64,000 nucleotides of DNA from Vermamoeba vermiformis (taxonomy: Eukaryota), in the NCBI GenBank assembly GCA_045837725.1, contig JBEWZL010000221.1, positions 124,001 through 188,000 on the forward strand, written 5' to 3'. The notes under the pieces are model-generated. The model made no database searches, was not told where the DNA came from, and saw only the letters and a list, made by a program, of their open reading frames with translations. A program made the position numbers and the translations under genes. Below, piece by piece: positions 37,580-50,500 of the stretch (position 1 is its first letter; the number at the start of each line of letters is the position of its first letter).

Positions 37580-37742
37580 TAGCGCAAACTAACCATGGTT
37601 AGCACTTAACGCTGGTCAAGTACCACAACCTGTAAATTGTTTATTAAACCTGTACCATAACATTGAATTCATACTTTAACGTATTGTAAAGATTTCTGAC
37701 CTTTAGATTATTTTATGTTAGAATGGGATAACCTATCCTGTT

Positions 37743-39943
37743 CTAATCACTATCGCTATCGCTATCGCTATCTGACTCATCATCCTCGTTTTGTTGCTCG
37801 TTGTTGCTTTGATAAGAATCAGAAGAAGCGTCGTCACTATCAGATTCGTAATGTTCAGCATCAGAGTCGTTTGAATTGAGAATCAAGTCTTCTGGATCTG
37901 GTCCAGATCCACTATCAGAATCAGAGTCAACCTCGTCTCCGACAGGTTTCGAAGCAGGTCGTGTGTAATAGGTCTCTATTGAGGACAACGAGACTATTGT
38001 GTCGAAAACTCGGAAGTCTTCGACATCTAAAATCAGTTTTCTGATCAGCCATTCAAGTGAGAATTTTTTGCCAACGACGTATTGATTCAACACTCTATCA
38101 ATGATATCCACGACTTCCTGGTGTCTAAATTTAAATTTAGGATACTTCGAGTTTCTAGGTTCGTAGGGCCCGCTGTACGCAATCAACAGCCTCTCTAAAT
38201 CTTTTTCTTTTAGAACTGCGGTCATAGGCTTCCAACCAATGCCGTTGACGTAAACATTTACCATTTGCGATCCTCGTTCGGAAAATAACTTTAATTGAAA
38301 ATTGTCAGTCAAATTCGAGTTTCGCATTGCAACACTTACTATTTGTATAGTGACTTTCAATTGCAATGAATCCGAAAAAATCAATTTGAAGATATGAGTT
38401 GCCACGTAAGCAACGTCAAATGGCGGATCCACTGAAAAATAAGTATTAGCAATAAGTTTAACTCCAAAAATAAAATGTTTGATTACTTGACGATTCGACC
38501 GCCGGAACAAAAGATGTTTCGGTTTTGATGAATTCAACGATGGGCAGAGTATTTTCCACGTATTTCTTCATTGTTTTAGCCTCCACGTCTCGGTAGAAAT
38601 CTCTATCGTCGCACAAATTGGCCATGCGAAGGTTTCCCAAGACCCAAGTATTCGTAAAACCCCTCAATAGCGTGTAAAATTGCTCGACTTCCTCGTATGA
38701 GTGGAAAGTAGGATTGAGATCCAACACTTTTTGCTTGATCTGCTGGAAAACCTCGACACAGGGGTATTGCGCTTTTTTATGGGCAAACTTCGGTAAATAA
38801 CGGTTACTATAAGTATCTAGGATCTCTGATATACTTTAAAACGTACCATAGGAGCAACTTCTTTTTCTTTGAGCGGGATCTTGTTCGGCATAAAAGGCAC
38901 ATTGGGAGATTTCGTGAGCCCTTTTGACACGATTGAAAAATTGATCGTTTTCCAATTGATTGCCATATTAGTAAATCCGTGGATGGCTAGCAAAAAGCGC
39001 GGGAAAAGGAACTGCTTCTCGTCTTCAGCCAAACTCCATTCTGAGCATCCGAACTCTGCTGCCAAGCTAAGCGAGTTTAATACCGTAGTAATTGAAACAT
39101 ATGCGAGTATGAGTACTTATTGAAGGCAGTTCTATTTAGCCTGAACGATGCTGGCGTGGTGTGGTCATGTCGGATCAGCAAGCCTAAGTATTTCGCAGGG
39201 CTTTTGAATTGTGTTCTGATCTGCTTTCTTTTCTTGTTAAGTAAATCGCCGATGTCCTCATTCTGTACATCTTCGGCGAATGTCATAGCGCCACCAACAA
39301 ACTGATGGCATTGTTCGCGTTGCAACGGGAACGAATCCAGAAAAACTAGCAGATAGAAAAGATCGTCAGCATGTACCAAAAGATATTAATTTAACCTTTC
39401 GTACCTATTTTATGAGTATAATTTGCTACTCGGCTAGCGATCAGAGTTTCTGGTGAACCCACGAGGAAAGTAAATCCAGCGAAAATGTCCTTTGCCTTAG
39501 CTCGATCCTCCGGCTTAGTGAATATTTTATCGATCACAAACGGGATAGTTTGACGTAATCGCTTTGCAAATATGAACTAAAAAAGGTATTATTTTCGGAT
39601 TTAAAAAATTTTAAATTCGGTTAGGGCTTACGCCTGTAAGATCCGACGTCGCAAACCCAACAGTAGAAGAGTTCATGTCTTTGGTAGAAAATCTGACGCC
39701 TTTAGTTAAGGCTTGTAATTTTGGCAAGAGCTGAATAAATTGAGGACCACAGAAATGCGTTGCAATGCTGCTGAACTTCTTGTTGACTAATCTACAAGCC
39801 AAAAGACTGTCTGTCGTGCGTTCGATAGCTTCATAATCGTCAGGCGATTTAAGGACAGTAACGTAGGTCGGCGATCGGCTCGTCTTTGCCTCGTCAATGA
39901 TTTTCGCGAGGATTTCCTGTGGTAAGTCTAATATTGAGCTCAT
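37743..39943 (-). CDS. F-box protein with acidic Asp/Ser-rich C-terminus
   Basis: MSSILDLPQEILAKII...LLACRLVNKKFSSIA is an F-box with an insert. Several downstream coding exons end in DSDSDSDSD*. Confidence 0.7.
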
Positions 39944-40742
39944 CGCTGTTACCAAGTTACAAAATACTGAAGAATAAAATGCAATTATTTTTAGCTCCTA
40001 AATAGAAAAAATCTCTCGAGCGAGATTGCAGAGTAGCCTGTTATCCATATAAATAGGATTAGTTGCATCGCTTACGCCGGTAATAGCGAGGCTACTAACA
40101 ATATGCTGTATCATTCTTGCTGCTGTCTAGACTGAATCACGTGGTTCAATAAGGTTTTTGTTTCCATTCTTGGCATTTGGACTTATTGTTATTCTAATTA
40201 TCGATAACTACTACTACAATCGACTTACCAAGCTCTTCGACGATGCCATTCGAACCAACATCTCGCGAGAATCGTCGTCCGTTGCCGCTAACCTTCTGCA
40301 TGACTTTCGTTGGCCAAATCCACGAACTCAGGCGTCGCATGCGCATCAGACCTAGCTGGGCTAAAGTAAATATTAGTAATGCTGCGTTTAAAGGTACGAG
40401 TATTACGTACTGACCTTTGTGGTAGCGTGTTGAGAGAGTCGAATCCGCGCCAGTACAAATGGGATTGACTACTGATTACTTTTCGATCTTTTTATTTTGA
40501 TAATACATTGTAAGAAGTTAATAAACGACTAATATTAACAAATGGAGATAAAAATAAAAATTAAAATTGAGTTTTCTCGATCCAAATACTTCGACCTTGA
40601 AATTAGCCGAAATATATGAATAGAGAACATAAATAATTTAAAAAACATTCGCCATGGATTGTAGCGAGTCTATTATCACAATATTGTATTTTTTGGCAAT
40701 GAAGAGTTGAAGCCCAAAATTTTTGTTGGTACATCCACTCGC

Positions 40743-43700
40743 TTACTGAATGGTGCACCGCTTCTTCTTGCCCTTCTTTCCTCTCTTGCCATTCTTTTTA
40801 CGTCCTCGTCCTGATCGAGACTTTTCTTCGCTGCGATGAGCGTTGGCAGTATTGTTTCGAGAACTCTCAGCAGGTCGCTCAGTTACCTAATGATAATGAT
40901 CGCATTAGCTTATTGCTTAGCTAATCGTAGCAATTATTGTATCGCTAATATTATGGCTACTTACTCTTGGGGTTGAGGAGGTGGATGCGCTTCCGCTGCC
41001 GGATTTGCTGCCTTTTGAACTATAGAAAATAGTTAGCTCGTGCATTCCTTATTACTAAGCAAAATATGAATATGAAACCATTATTAGCCATTAAAGGAAT
41101 TTAAAAATCATTTTCAAGATCAGCGCGCTTTTGGATTCGATTTGTAATTATCACAAAACAATTCTTCTACTCGTGTTAATTAACTTGTACGCACCTGCCA
41201 AGCTGTCTGAAAGGTCCAGATCGACGAGAATCGTCTCGTTCACCACCAGCCTCCTTAGGTTCAAAGCTCTCGGCTGGAGCAGGATTAAAGGGATCGTCGT
41301 AATCGCCAGCAGGTGCAGGTGCCTCTCCGTACAAGGTCTTATATTCCTCGCGCTTACGAGCCTCTTCAATTTCCCAATCGAACAAACTCTCCTCAGATGC
41401 GTTGTTCTTCTCCAACAAACCTATTCGATTATCATTAGAAAAGCCGAAAATAACCTCTTTAAGCAACAATATGCTATTGTAATATTTTTAGCTCGTTGCA
41501 TGGCATTATAACTTACTCTTCATCAGATCGGTCAAATAATCGTAGTTTGGTCGGTCTTCATAGCGCAAAGTCTTGAGGTGATTCATAAACTTCAAAAATT
41601 CCTCAGGCAAGCCCTTGACTAGTCGTTCATTGTTATAAGCTAATTTCATGTCTCGAACTTTATCGAGGTTAGAAATTCCTCGCAGATGTGCCCATGGAAC
41701 TGTGCCAGTATAGAACTCGACTAAGACGTATAATAATGACCACAAGTCATCACGACGACCTTGTTCTTTCTGTAACGAAACAACAATTAGCTCGGGGAGC
41801 GAATAAAAATTGTCAACGCGAGAGGTCACATCCACGCGAAAATATTTGCGATTATTTATATGTGCTTACCCTCAAATGAGTATTGATAGACATATATCGT
41901 CGAGAGCCAACCCATCGCGCAGTCTTTCGTTTCTACAAATAAAAAGTATGTCAAAAAATGTCTTGTGAATGTGGCGCATGTCAACATATTGATGAAGCGG
42001 TAGATCAGTCCTCAAAAATTCAATAACATCGTAATTACAATATGCTGACAATAGATGTCGAGTACTATTGCAACAAGTGTATTGAGTATAGAAGGGAAGT
42101 CACGAAGGGGAAATTTATATTCGTAAACTTCGTGTGAATTTTGATTATACCACGAGTTTTCAGCAATAAAAAAACTCCTACTCGCGATCGGAGCTAGCGT
42201 AATACGAACAAATATATGACTATAATATCTATCTCAATATTAAATTCGAATGATCGTTTGACTTACAGGTCTAACGCCTCCGTCAGGTCTGAAATGTCGT
42301 CTGCTAAGTCCAAAATCGATAATAATAACAGTACGCGGATTGCCAGTTCGTTTCGTGCCTAATACAAAATTGCCCTAAAATAATAAATTGACCGTTAGAA
42401 AAAATGAATTGGGTGGCACAGCGCGCCATAAATCAAGTATTTAATTGGATTGGCAAACACCGAAAATAATTCAAGCTATTTTTAGTTTTAAATATTTCGA
42501 CCAAAAATTGAACCAGAAGGAGGAGATTTAACCACCCCTTCGCAGGATCAAGATCCGATCTGATGAAACAAATAAATCAAGACTTACGGGTTTAATATCT
42601 CTGTGAAGATATCCTCGGTCATGCACTTCTTTAACTGCACGAATAGTTTGAATTGCTAGCAATGCCGTCGTAGTTAGAGAAAATCGATGATCTGCTTGTT
42701 TTCGTCTCAAACTGCTCAAATTATCGGCATAGAGGTCCATAACTAATATATAAGGATGATTAGTATTTTTCACTCGGGGACTTGACATAAAAGCTCCAAA
42801 ATAATACAGCGTTGGTAGATCCCGCTTGCTGATCGACAACACCGTTCTGTGAATTCTGGCAATAATGAAATATTTCTCCAAAATAAAGAATGTGCTTTAT
42901 CATCTCTTTCTTGAATGATTCACGCAGAACGCAATTCGCAAAATAAATTATTTTCCTGATCGGGCAATCAAGGCATCAAAATACTGGTATGTCCCATAAC
43001 TTACTCATATAATTGACTTGGTCCTTATGGCGGCCAGTTGATAAGAGTCGTGGTACATATTTACAGCCTATAATCAAAACAAAGTCCGTTAGTAATCTCG
43101 CTCCATGGATCTCGCATAGAATTTAAGGATTTTACAAAGTTGCACGTGCATAAATAAAGTTTAATATCGGTGACTATGAGGTTTTAATACTATAGCAATA
43201 CGTTCTTCGGAGAGCTAAATTGTAAAACTAGATTTGCTCGTTGGAAAAAAGATATTGAATTATTGTGCGTTTGTATAATAAAATAATGATATGTGCGGTG
43301 ATCAATGAACGTTATATGTTCCATTTGCGCGTAAATTTCCAATACCAAAGGTTTAATTATTGAATTGGAAGTTTGATCGAGCGTTAGAATCCGAAAACAT
43401 TGCAAAATTAGAGCGGCTAATCGTATTTTCATTATATTTGTGTTATATTACATATAAAAACGGTATTCCACGCACAGAGAGGCTATTTGAAGGTTATCTA
43501 TGACCAGATTTGATCGGCCCCGTAAATTTTTGAATGGGCGCAATTTGATAATTGAATAAAGTAGTCGTAAATATATCATACATATCAAATTATATGCACG
43601 TCTAATGTAATCATTATTGTATTAATTACGATATTTTTCCGTTATGATTTTTCAGTTTTAATAAAGATGCGAGTTAATATTTTCGCCAATAGCTTACCTT

Positions 43701-44019
43701 TTAAATTTCTTAATATCCTTTCTTCTTCTAATAAATTTCCAGGTTTACTGAGTCGTTCTACTTTCACAGCGACGGAGTCTCCGGTCCTAACATGTCTTGC
43801 TGAATATATTTCACCTAATTTATTGCATATTAAATCAATCCAGTAATAATAAAATATTGATAATATTGCTGGCGTATTAACAATATTATGATAATTACCA
43901 TAACCTCCTTTGCCTAATCTCTTCACAATTTTGTATTTTTCATCAATGACGTCGCCCTCACTGAAAATATCTTCCTCTTCTTCAGCGGCACTACCTTCAT
44001 TTCTGCCTTGCTGCGCCAT
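40743..44019 (-). CDS. Tau-tubulin kinase / CK1-family protein kinase with polybasic CaaX tail
   Basis: LGKGGYG/EIY, VAVKVE, YLHRDIKP, IIDFGLSR and EQGRRDDLWSLLYVLVEF..G.VPW are TTBK/CK1 signatures. The last exon ends RGKKGKKKRCTIQ*. Confidence 0.9.
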
Positions 44020-44315
44020 TGTGTTATTATTGATGTCTAGCCAGGCCGAACACGCAACAAAAACACAAAATTAAAATTTAGCGAGCGCGAGATAAACTTC
44101 ATAAAACGGATGCACAATTTTTTCTGTCAGGCGACTCCGACATTGCCAATTATGCTTGTAGCAAGTAATGATAACCCTCATTACATTTACCGTCGAATAG
44201 TCCACTGTTGCTAATTTGTGAACACGCCGAGACAAACACGAAATCCGGAACCTCTGCTTTGGTTCGCTAACATCGAAATCAAATAATAAAATCCGACCAA
44301 TTATCATATCACAGT

Positions 44316-45896
44316 ATGGATTGGAGGTTTGAAGGATGCGAATTACCGGCTGAAATCTGGCATCTAATTGCGTCCTATCTTCCAGTAGTAGCTATAGTGA
44401 GGTAATTACGTACATATATAAATGCACGCTAGCAGTGTTTATTTAATTATAATTCACCGCTGCGAGATCCGCTCCGTTTGTTATTACAAAAATTACTATA
44501 TAGATATTTTGAGCGGTTTCTTTCGTGAAAAATAAATGAAAAATTATTTTCAGGCGTAGGTTTAGCATAATGATATATTAGAGCTTCGGCATCTCCAGAT
44601 CTAACAAGTAATTACTAGAGCTTCAGAGGTCAACAAAGAAAGCACTAAATGTCTCTACTACATATACAACCTGGATTTAACGAAAATGGAGATTAATGCA
44701 TCGTGGCACAAGTTCAGCAGCATCGCGCGACGCCTGCCAAATGTTCGACGGCTTTCTGTCAATATTAGGACGGAAAGCCACGTCAATGCGATGCATAATA
44801 TAACAATACTAGAGAATTTACAAGAATTATTGCTCTATGGAGGCGTCTATTTGAATATTGGACAAAGACCGCTGATCTGCGACATTACGCAAAAGCTTCC
44901 TCACTTACAACGCTTACTTCTCGAAATATATCCTCGAAATCTCGATCAAATCGTAGATGCTACACCTAATCTTACGAGTTTGGCCATCAGCACAGCAAGA
45001 CGAGATAAATTGATGCATCTGAACTCGTTAGCGAAATTAACCAAACTCAAAGAACTGAAGATAGCCGCAATTGGCAATAAAGCACTAGAGCCCTTCGACA
45101 AGTTTTCACAGCTAACAACATTAACCAAGCTAAACTTGACTGGAGCCGAGTTCAACGAAGTTTTGAATTTTGGAGATCTAACTCTACTTGCCGACTTGGG
45201 CGTATTGAAGCTTAATCAGATAAAATACGACTCGATGAATGGCGTCATGCACAAACTGACGAATTTGCGGCGCTTAGACTTCCTGCAGCACATCCACGGC
45301 TCGTCCAGCGAAACACTGTTGGACGAGTGTGAGGGGCTTACACGACTGACTCATCTTTATATTGATGATGTATACGGAAAAGAGGCCAAGATTTTGGCTC
45401 TTTCGCAACTTAAAAGCTTTGCAGTAAGTATTTAGCGCAAATTTTTACTCGAGCACATGTGGATCTTCAACACATTCGGTCAACTTTAGATCATTTACTG
45501 ATCCTTATTTGGGCATAGGTGCTTGGCATGTTCAATGGCATCGAGACAATGTCACATTTGCGAAAGCTGAAATTGATCAGCATGATTCAAGCGGATGCGT
45601 TCCATGCTGTGTGTAGCTCGATGACAGCTTTGGAGCGCCTCTACCTATGGTCGTGGCTGAATTGGCATATTCATGACAAAGACTTCGAGGATATCACGAA
45701 GCTAAATAACTTGACCTCATTGTATATCTATGGAATGGATCTAGTCACCAACGAGGGATTTGGATGCGTAACCAAACTCACTCGGCTGCGGAGGTTGGAT
45801 TTTGCCGGCGAATTAGTGACCACGGACGTGCTTTCTGAATTGAAGCAACTAACGAACCTTAACTTCCTTTGTATTAATTCTTCAATGCCTAAATGA
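44316..45896 (+). CDS. F-box/LRR protein, tandem copy 1
   Basis: Exon 1 MDWRFEGCELPAEIWHLIASYL (F-box), followed by LRR exons (ORFs 44686-45435 and 45519-45896). Confidence 0.85.
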
Positions 45897-45980
45897 ACAA
45901 TCAAAGAAAGATTTTTTGATTTACTTTTAGTAACAGCTACCACAACCGGAGTTTTAATCCTTAAACCCCTTATTAAGATA

Positions 45981-47380
45981 ATGAATTGGAGAATAGAAGG
46001 TCAGAGTTTACCGTCTGACATTTGGGGTATCATAATGACTTTTTTAGAAACAACAGAAATTATACGGTGAGCGAAAGAATACTGCGAACAAAATAAATAT
46101 TTATTACTATTTTATATAATTATAGAGCCTCTCAAGTCGACAAAATCAGCCGGGATTGCAGATCATTTGTTCGTTGGATAAAATACAGCCGGGAAAACTG
46201 GAGCCTGTTTGCTGAAAGAATGGCTCCGTTTCGAGGCATTACAAAACTAGATATTCTACTGGTTGATGTTCTTGCCGAATTCAAACACATAACAATGTTG
46301 CAAAAGTTGCGCCATCTTCATCTGTTTGTTGCAGATCAGACGAACGTGGTTCCAATACTGGCGAAACTGACGTCCCTTCAAGCATTGGAAGTAAATATTG
46401 ATGAAAATATAGACGCTATTGCAGAGAACTGCACGCAGATTACGCACCTGTCACTCAGATCCTTCTTCAGCTCATACAGATTCCGGTTCGCGAGTGCGCT
46501 GCCCAAATTTACACAATTGCAACACTTACAACTAGCAATTGCAACCCGCGTGGATTTAGCAGACATCCCGGATCTGGCAACATGGAGTCGTCTGACCTCA
46601 TTAGTGCTTTCAACTTTCAGGACTTTCCATTCAGCGTCTTACCATCACTTTGAATCAAATCTAACACGCGGGCAATTAAGCGCGTTAACCAATCTACGCG
46701 TGCTAGAAATATCAAATGTAGCCATCAAAAAAGACGAGGCAGTGTATTTACAGTCATTTGCAAATTTGACCAATTTGGAGCGATTGGAGCTAAACAGGCC
46801 GCCCTATCCCTCGTATGAATGTGTTAGCAACATGCCAAACCTGACGTGTTTGATAACGGCAGATTATAAATCCGCAGAAAACAATTACTACAAGCTGGAG
46901 AGTCTGACCAAATTGCAAGCACTACAGCTCCTAGTATGTCTTTTTTACGTTACATCTATTCTAATACTCGAAAAGGTCTACCAAGGTTTACAAAGCAAGT
47001 TGACGTTACTGCCGCAGACCATAACGAAGTTGCATTTGATTGAAAGCGGTTCCCTAATGAACAAAAGCTTTGTTTTTGAGATGGTGCAACACTTGCCGCG
47101 ATTAGAAGACTTGTCAATGGAGCGCTGCAAAACCCTGTTGCCGCATCCAACGGTAGAAGACATTAGTCCTCTGACAAGCTTGGAACGACTGACTTCATTG
47201 AATCTGCATAAATACCACTCAATTACTAGTGAAGAGATGACGACAATAATCAAGCACTTTACCAACCTGAAATATTTGTATCTGAAAGGCCACCAGTTAA
47301 GCGCTTCAAAAATGTCGGAAGTCATCTCAATGCCGTCATTAAAGAGAATACACTTAAATGGTACCTTAGTAAAGGAATGA
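45981..47380 (+). CDS. F-box/LRR protein, tandem copy 2
   Basis: Exon 1 MNWRIEGQSLPSDIWGIIMTFL (F-box, intron in the same position as copy 1), then LRRs in ORF 46220-47380. Confidence 0.85.
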
Positions 47381-47416
47381 CGAGTTTAAAAATAAATTAT
47401 ACGATTTGGTCGGCGT

Positions 47417-47428
47417 TGACACGTGTCA
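47417..47428. promoter_or_regulatory. Perfect palindrome TGACACGTGTCA (G-box/E-box core) ~130 bp upstream of the LRR kinase ATG
   Basis: The same 12-mer recurs at 23682-23693 and within a 16-bp palindrome at 54211-54226. Regulatory function is inferred only. Confidence 0.35.
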
Positions 47429-47560
47429 TTGGCCTCGAGTTTTTTTGCTTGCATTTTACGAAGCACAAAATACGAACAACAATGCTCAGGCATTGAAATA
47501 TTATTTATTTATTTGTAATTTCTTCAATCCAAGGCAGAGAGGCTTTAAAGAGAAGAAAAA

Positions 47561-50500
47561 ATGTGGCTGATCAGATCTCTGCTTTTGATAGTCGTTTTAT
47601 ACGGCGTAATTACTCCTTCCACAACGTTGGAGAGCCAAGAATATTCTTTTTTTCAGGATTTTTTCCTCTTAAATCCGCCAGCGTGGACACGCTATTTAAC
47701 ACCAGGATGGGACTCAACCCAAATCGTATCAGCTTGCGATTGGGCAGGTGTAATATGCAACAGCAATCAAACTAACGTTATACGATTGTAAGTTTAAAGA
47801 TCAATATTGAAGCAAAAAGTTACAAGACAGATCATGACATCTGATTTCAATAGAATTTAAGATTTAACGAAATTATAATTTTATATATCGTTTATTTATT
47901 TACTGCAATCGAATGCTCCTTATATTTTAATTAATTAATGAGATACTCTTTGAATTCGAATTTTCTCGCGAAAGAGACGGCTAGCACAAACGTCGTCCAT
48001 TTTACCTTTTAGGGCTTTTATTTGACTATCAATCATGTACTGAATTAAGGAATCACGACATAACGAATCAATTTTATTACTAGGGTTTTGGACGGAATCC
48101 GATCGCTAACGACCTCGAATATAACATTGCCGCCGTCAATTAACAAATTGACGCAGCTACAAGAGCTGTAAGTATTGCATAATGAAAAGATTAGAACATG
48201 AACCTCATTGTGCACGTGCAAATCCGCTGTCGTTTGGCGTATTTTAGTTGTGATTCACGCGGCATTATTAGAACAAATATACTCTAGCACTTATTGATTA
48301 ATATGACTCAGATCTCTTGGCCAAATTCCGCTGGGACGTTTGCCGGATGCAGTTACACAACTTTCGAACTTGCAAATTCTGTAAGATCAACGTTTTTTAG
48401 AACCATATTATTTTTAATAATACTAATTCTCATTAAGGAACTTGGATCGGACGAATATTCCCTCTTTGCCAGACAATATTGGCGCGTTAAAAAATTTAAC
48501 TCGAATGTAAGTGCTCCTAAATTACTATTTATTGAGTAATAATTGCTAATTTAATATTGCAGTGATTTACCAGCTATATCAAGTTTACCACTATCATTTA
48601 GAGATTTAACGTCACTTACGCAACTGTACGTCAATTTTTTAGATCTGAAAAGCAGCTTAATTTACATTATTAATTATAGAAATGCTAGAACGTTTAATTT
48701 TCGAGCGATGCCTACTATTTTATGCGAGCTAAAATCGCTTCAAATAATTCGTATTGTCGGTGGAATACTTAGCGAAGCTTTCCCGCCCTGCTTTGGACAA
48801 TTAACGGACTTGATTGAACTGTAAGTAAAACGCTATTAAATAAGGCATATAAGCTAATCCGTATCATTTTGCAGCAACATTCAATCGTCAAACTTGAACC
48901 ACTTTCCTCTTTTTTCAACCTGGCAAAAACTAGAGATTTTGTAAGTCTCAAGAGAAAAGCTTATGACCTAATAATTAATCGGTCATATTATTTAGGACGA
49001 TTGGATACGCTAATTTGCAAGGCACAATTCCGGAAATAATTGGATCGCTGACCAACCTTCGTGAACTGTACGACAAGTCAACATTACTTTCCACGACCAT
49101 CAACTAATATTAATCTATTTGCAGTACGCTTCGCAGCAACATGCTTACGGGAACATTGCCCAGATCGATCGGCAATCTGCAAAATTTGGTCTCTTTGTTC
49201 GTGGATGTCAACAGGTTAACAGGGACGATTCCAAGTACCATTGGTAACTTGACCAATCTAAGTACGCTGTAAGTATACTACTTGAAGCCTATACGACGAG
49301 CATATATTTATTGACCTAATTATAGCATGCTATTGTCCAATCAGTTCACCGGAACATTGCCTCGTGAAATTGGCAATTTGATTCATTTGCAGCACTTGTA
49401 AGTTTATTTTATTTTCATGAAATATCTATTATTAACATTGTAAAAGGGATATAAGCACTAATAGGCTTACGGGATCACTCCCTGAAGAGCTCGGACTTTT
49501 GACCAACCTGACAGCTTTGTAAGCGGATCTGACACGTCTTCACTTCAACCTATACTAATATATGAGTATTATAGCGCATTCACCGATAACTTGTTCAGCG
49601 GATCTATTCCTGCATCAATTGTCAATACCTCCTTGCGTTCAATGTAAGATTGGATCTGCAGATCCGTTTGTCACATTGCCGTTGATTCTAATGTATTATT
49701 CATAGTAACGGAGGCAATAACCAGCTGAGCGGGCAAATTCCAGACGATATTGGAAAATTACCTTTAAGAACAGTGTACGCATCCGCAGATCAAATCCGTT
49801 ATTTTTTTTCGTAACTTATCATCATTTTGCTTAGATTGCTGTCTAATAATCAGCTCTCTGGAACACTGCCGCCAAGTTTTGAGAATTGTACCATGATGAG
49901 AGATTTCAACGTCGCTTTTAACTTAATTTCTGGCCCTGTGTTCGACTTCACCAAGTTTACCCAATCAGTCTCCTTGTACGTACTCGAAAATAATTCTTTT
50001 CTTATTAATTAATTAATTTTAGGTCCTTTCAATTCAATTTGCTGAACGGAACATTGCCTAGCGAAGGTTACGAACAATTAATTAGACTGGAAACAATTTC
50101 ATTTCAGAATAATGACATTCGCGGAACAATTCCGTCGTCTTTAGGTGCGATTAATGCTCGAACAATGTAAGCACAAATAGCACAAATTATAACTAAAGTC
50201 ACTGAACTGACACCTTTTTTAGTAACTTGTCGAGTAACTGGCTGATCGGAACTATTCCGCCAATTCTTCTCGTAAACAACACGCGCGTTACGTTTATGTA
50301 AGTCTATTTGTTAAAATTATCGTATTTTCGCTAATTTTTTTGTTACAGCGATCTTTCTGACAACTTAATCTCGGGCACTATTCCTCCCATCGATCTTGAT
50401 AACATCCAAACACTGTAAGAACGGCATTAATATTCTTTTGGATTTGCATCCCTAATATTAACTGTTAATATAGATTCTTTGAGGACAACATACTTAGTGG

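Noticed and set aside
40415-40460. GGATTCGACTC (minus strand) resembling a tRNA T-loop/B-box
   Set aside because: I could not build a cloverleaf or acceptor stem around it.
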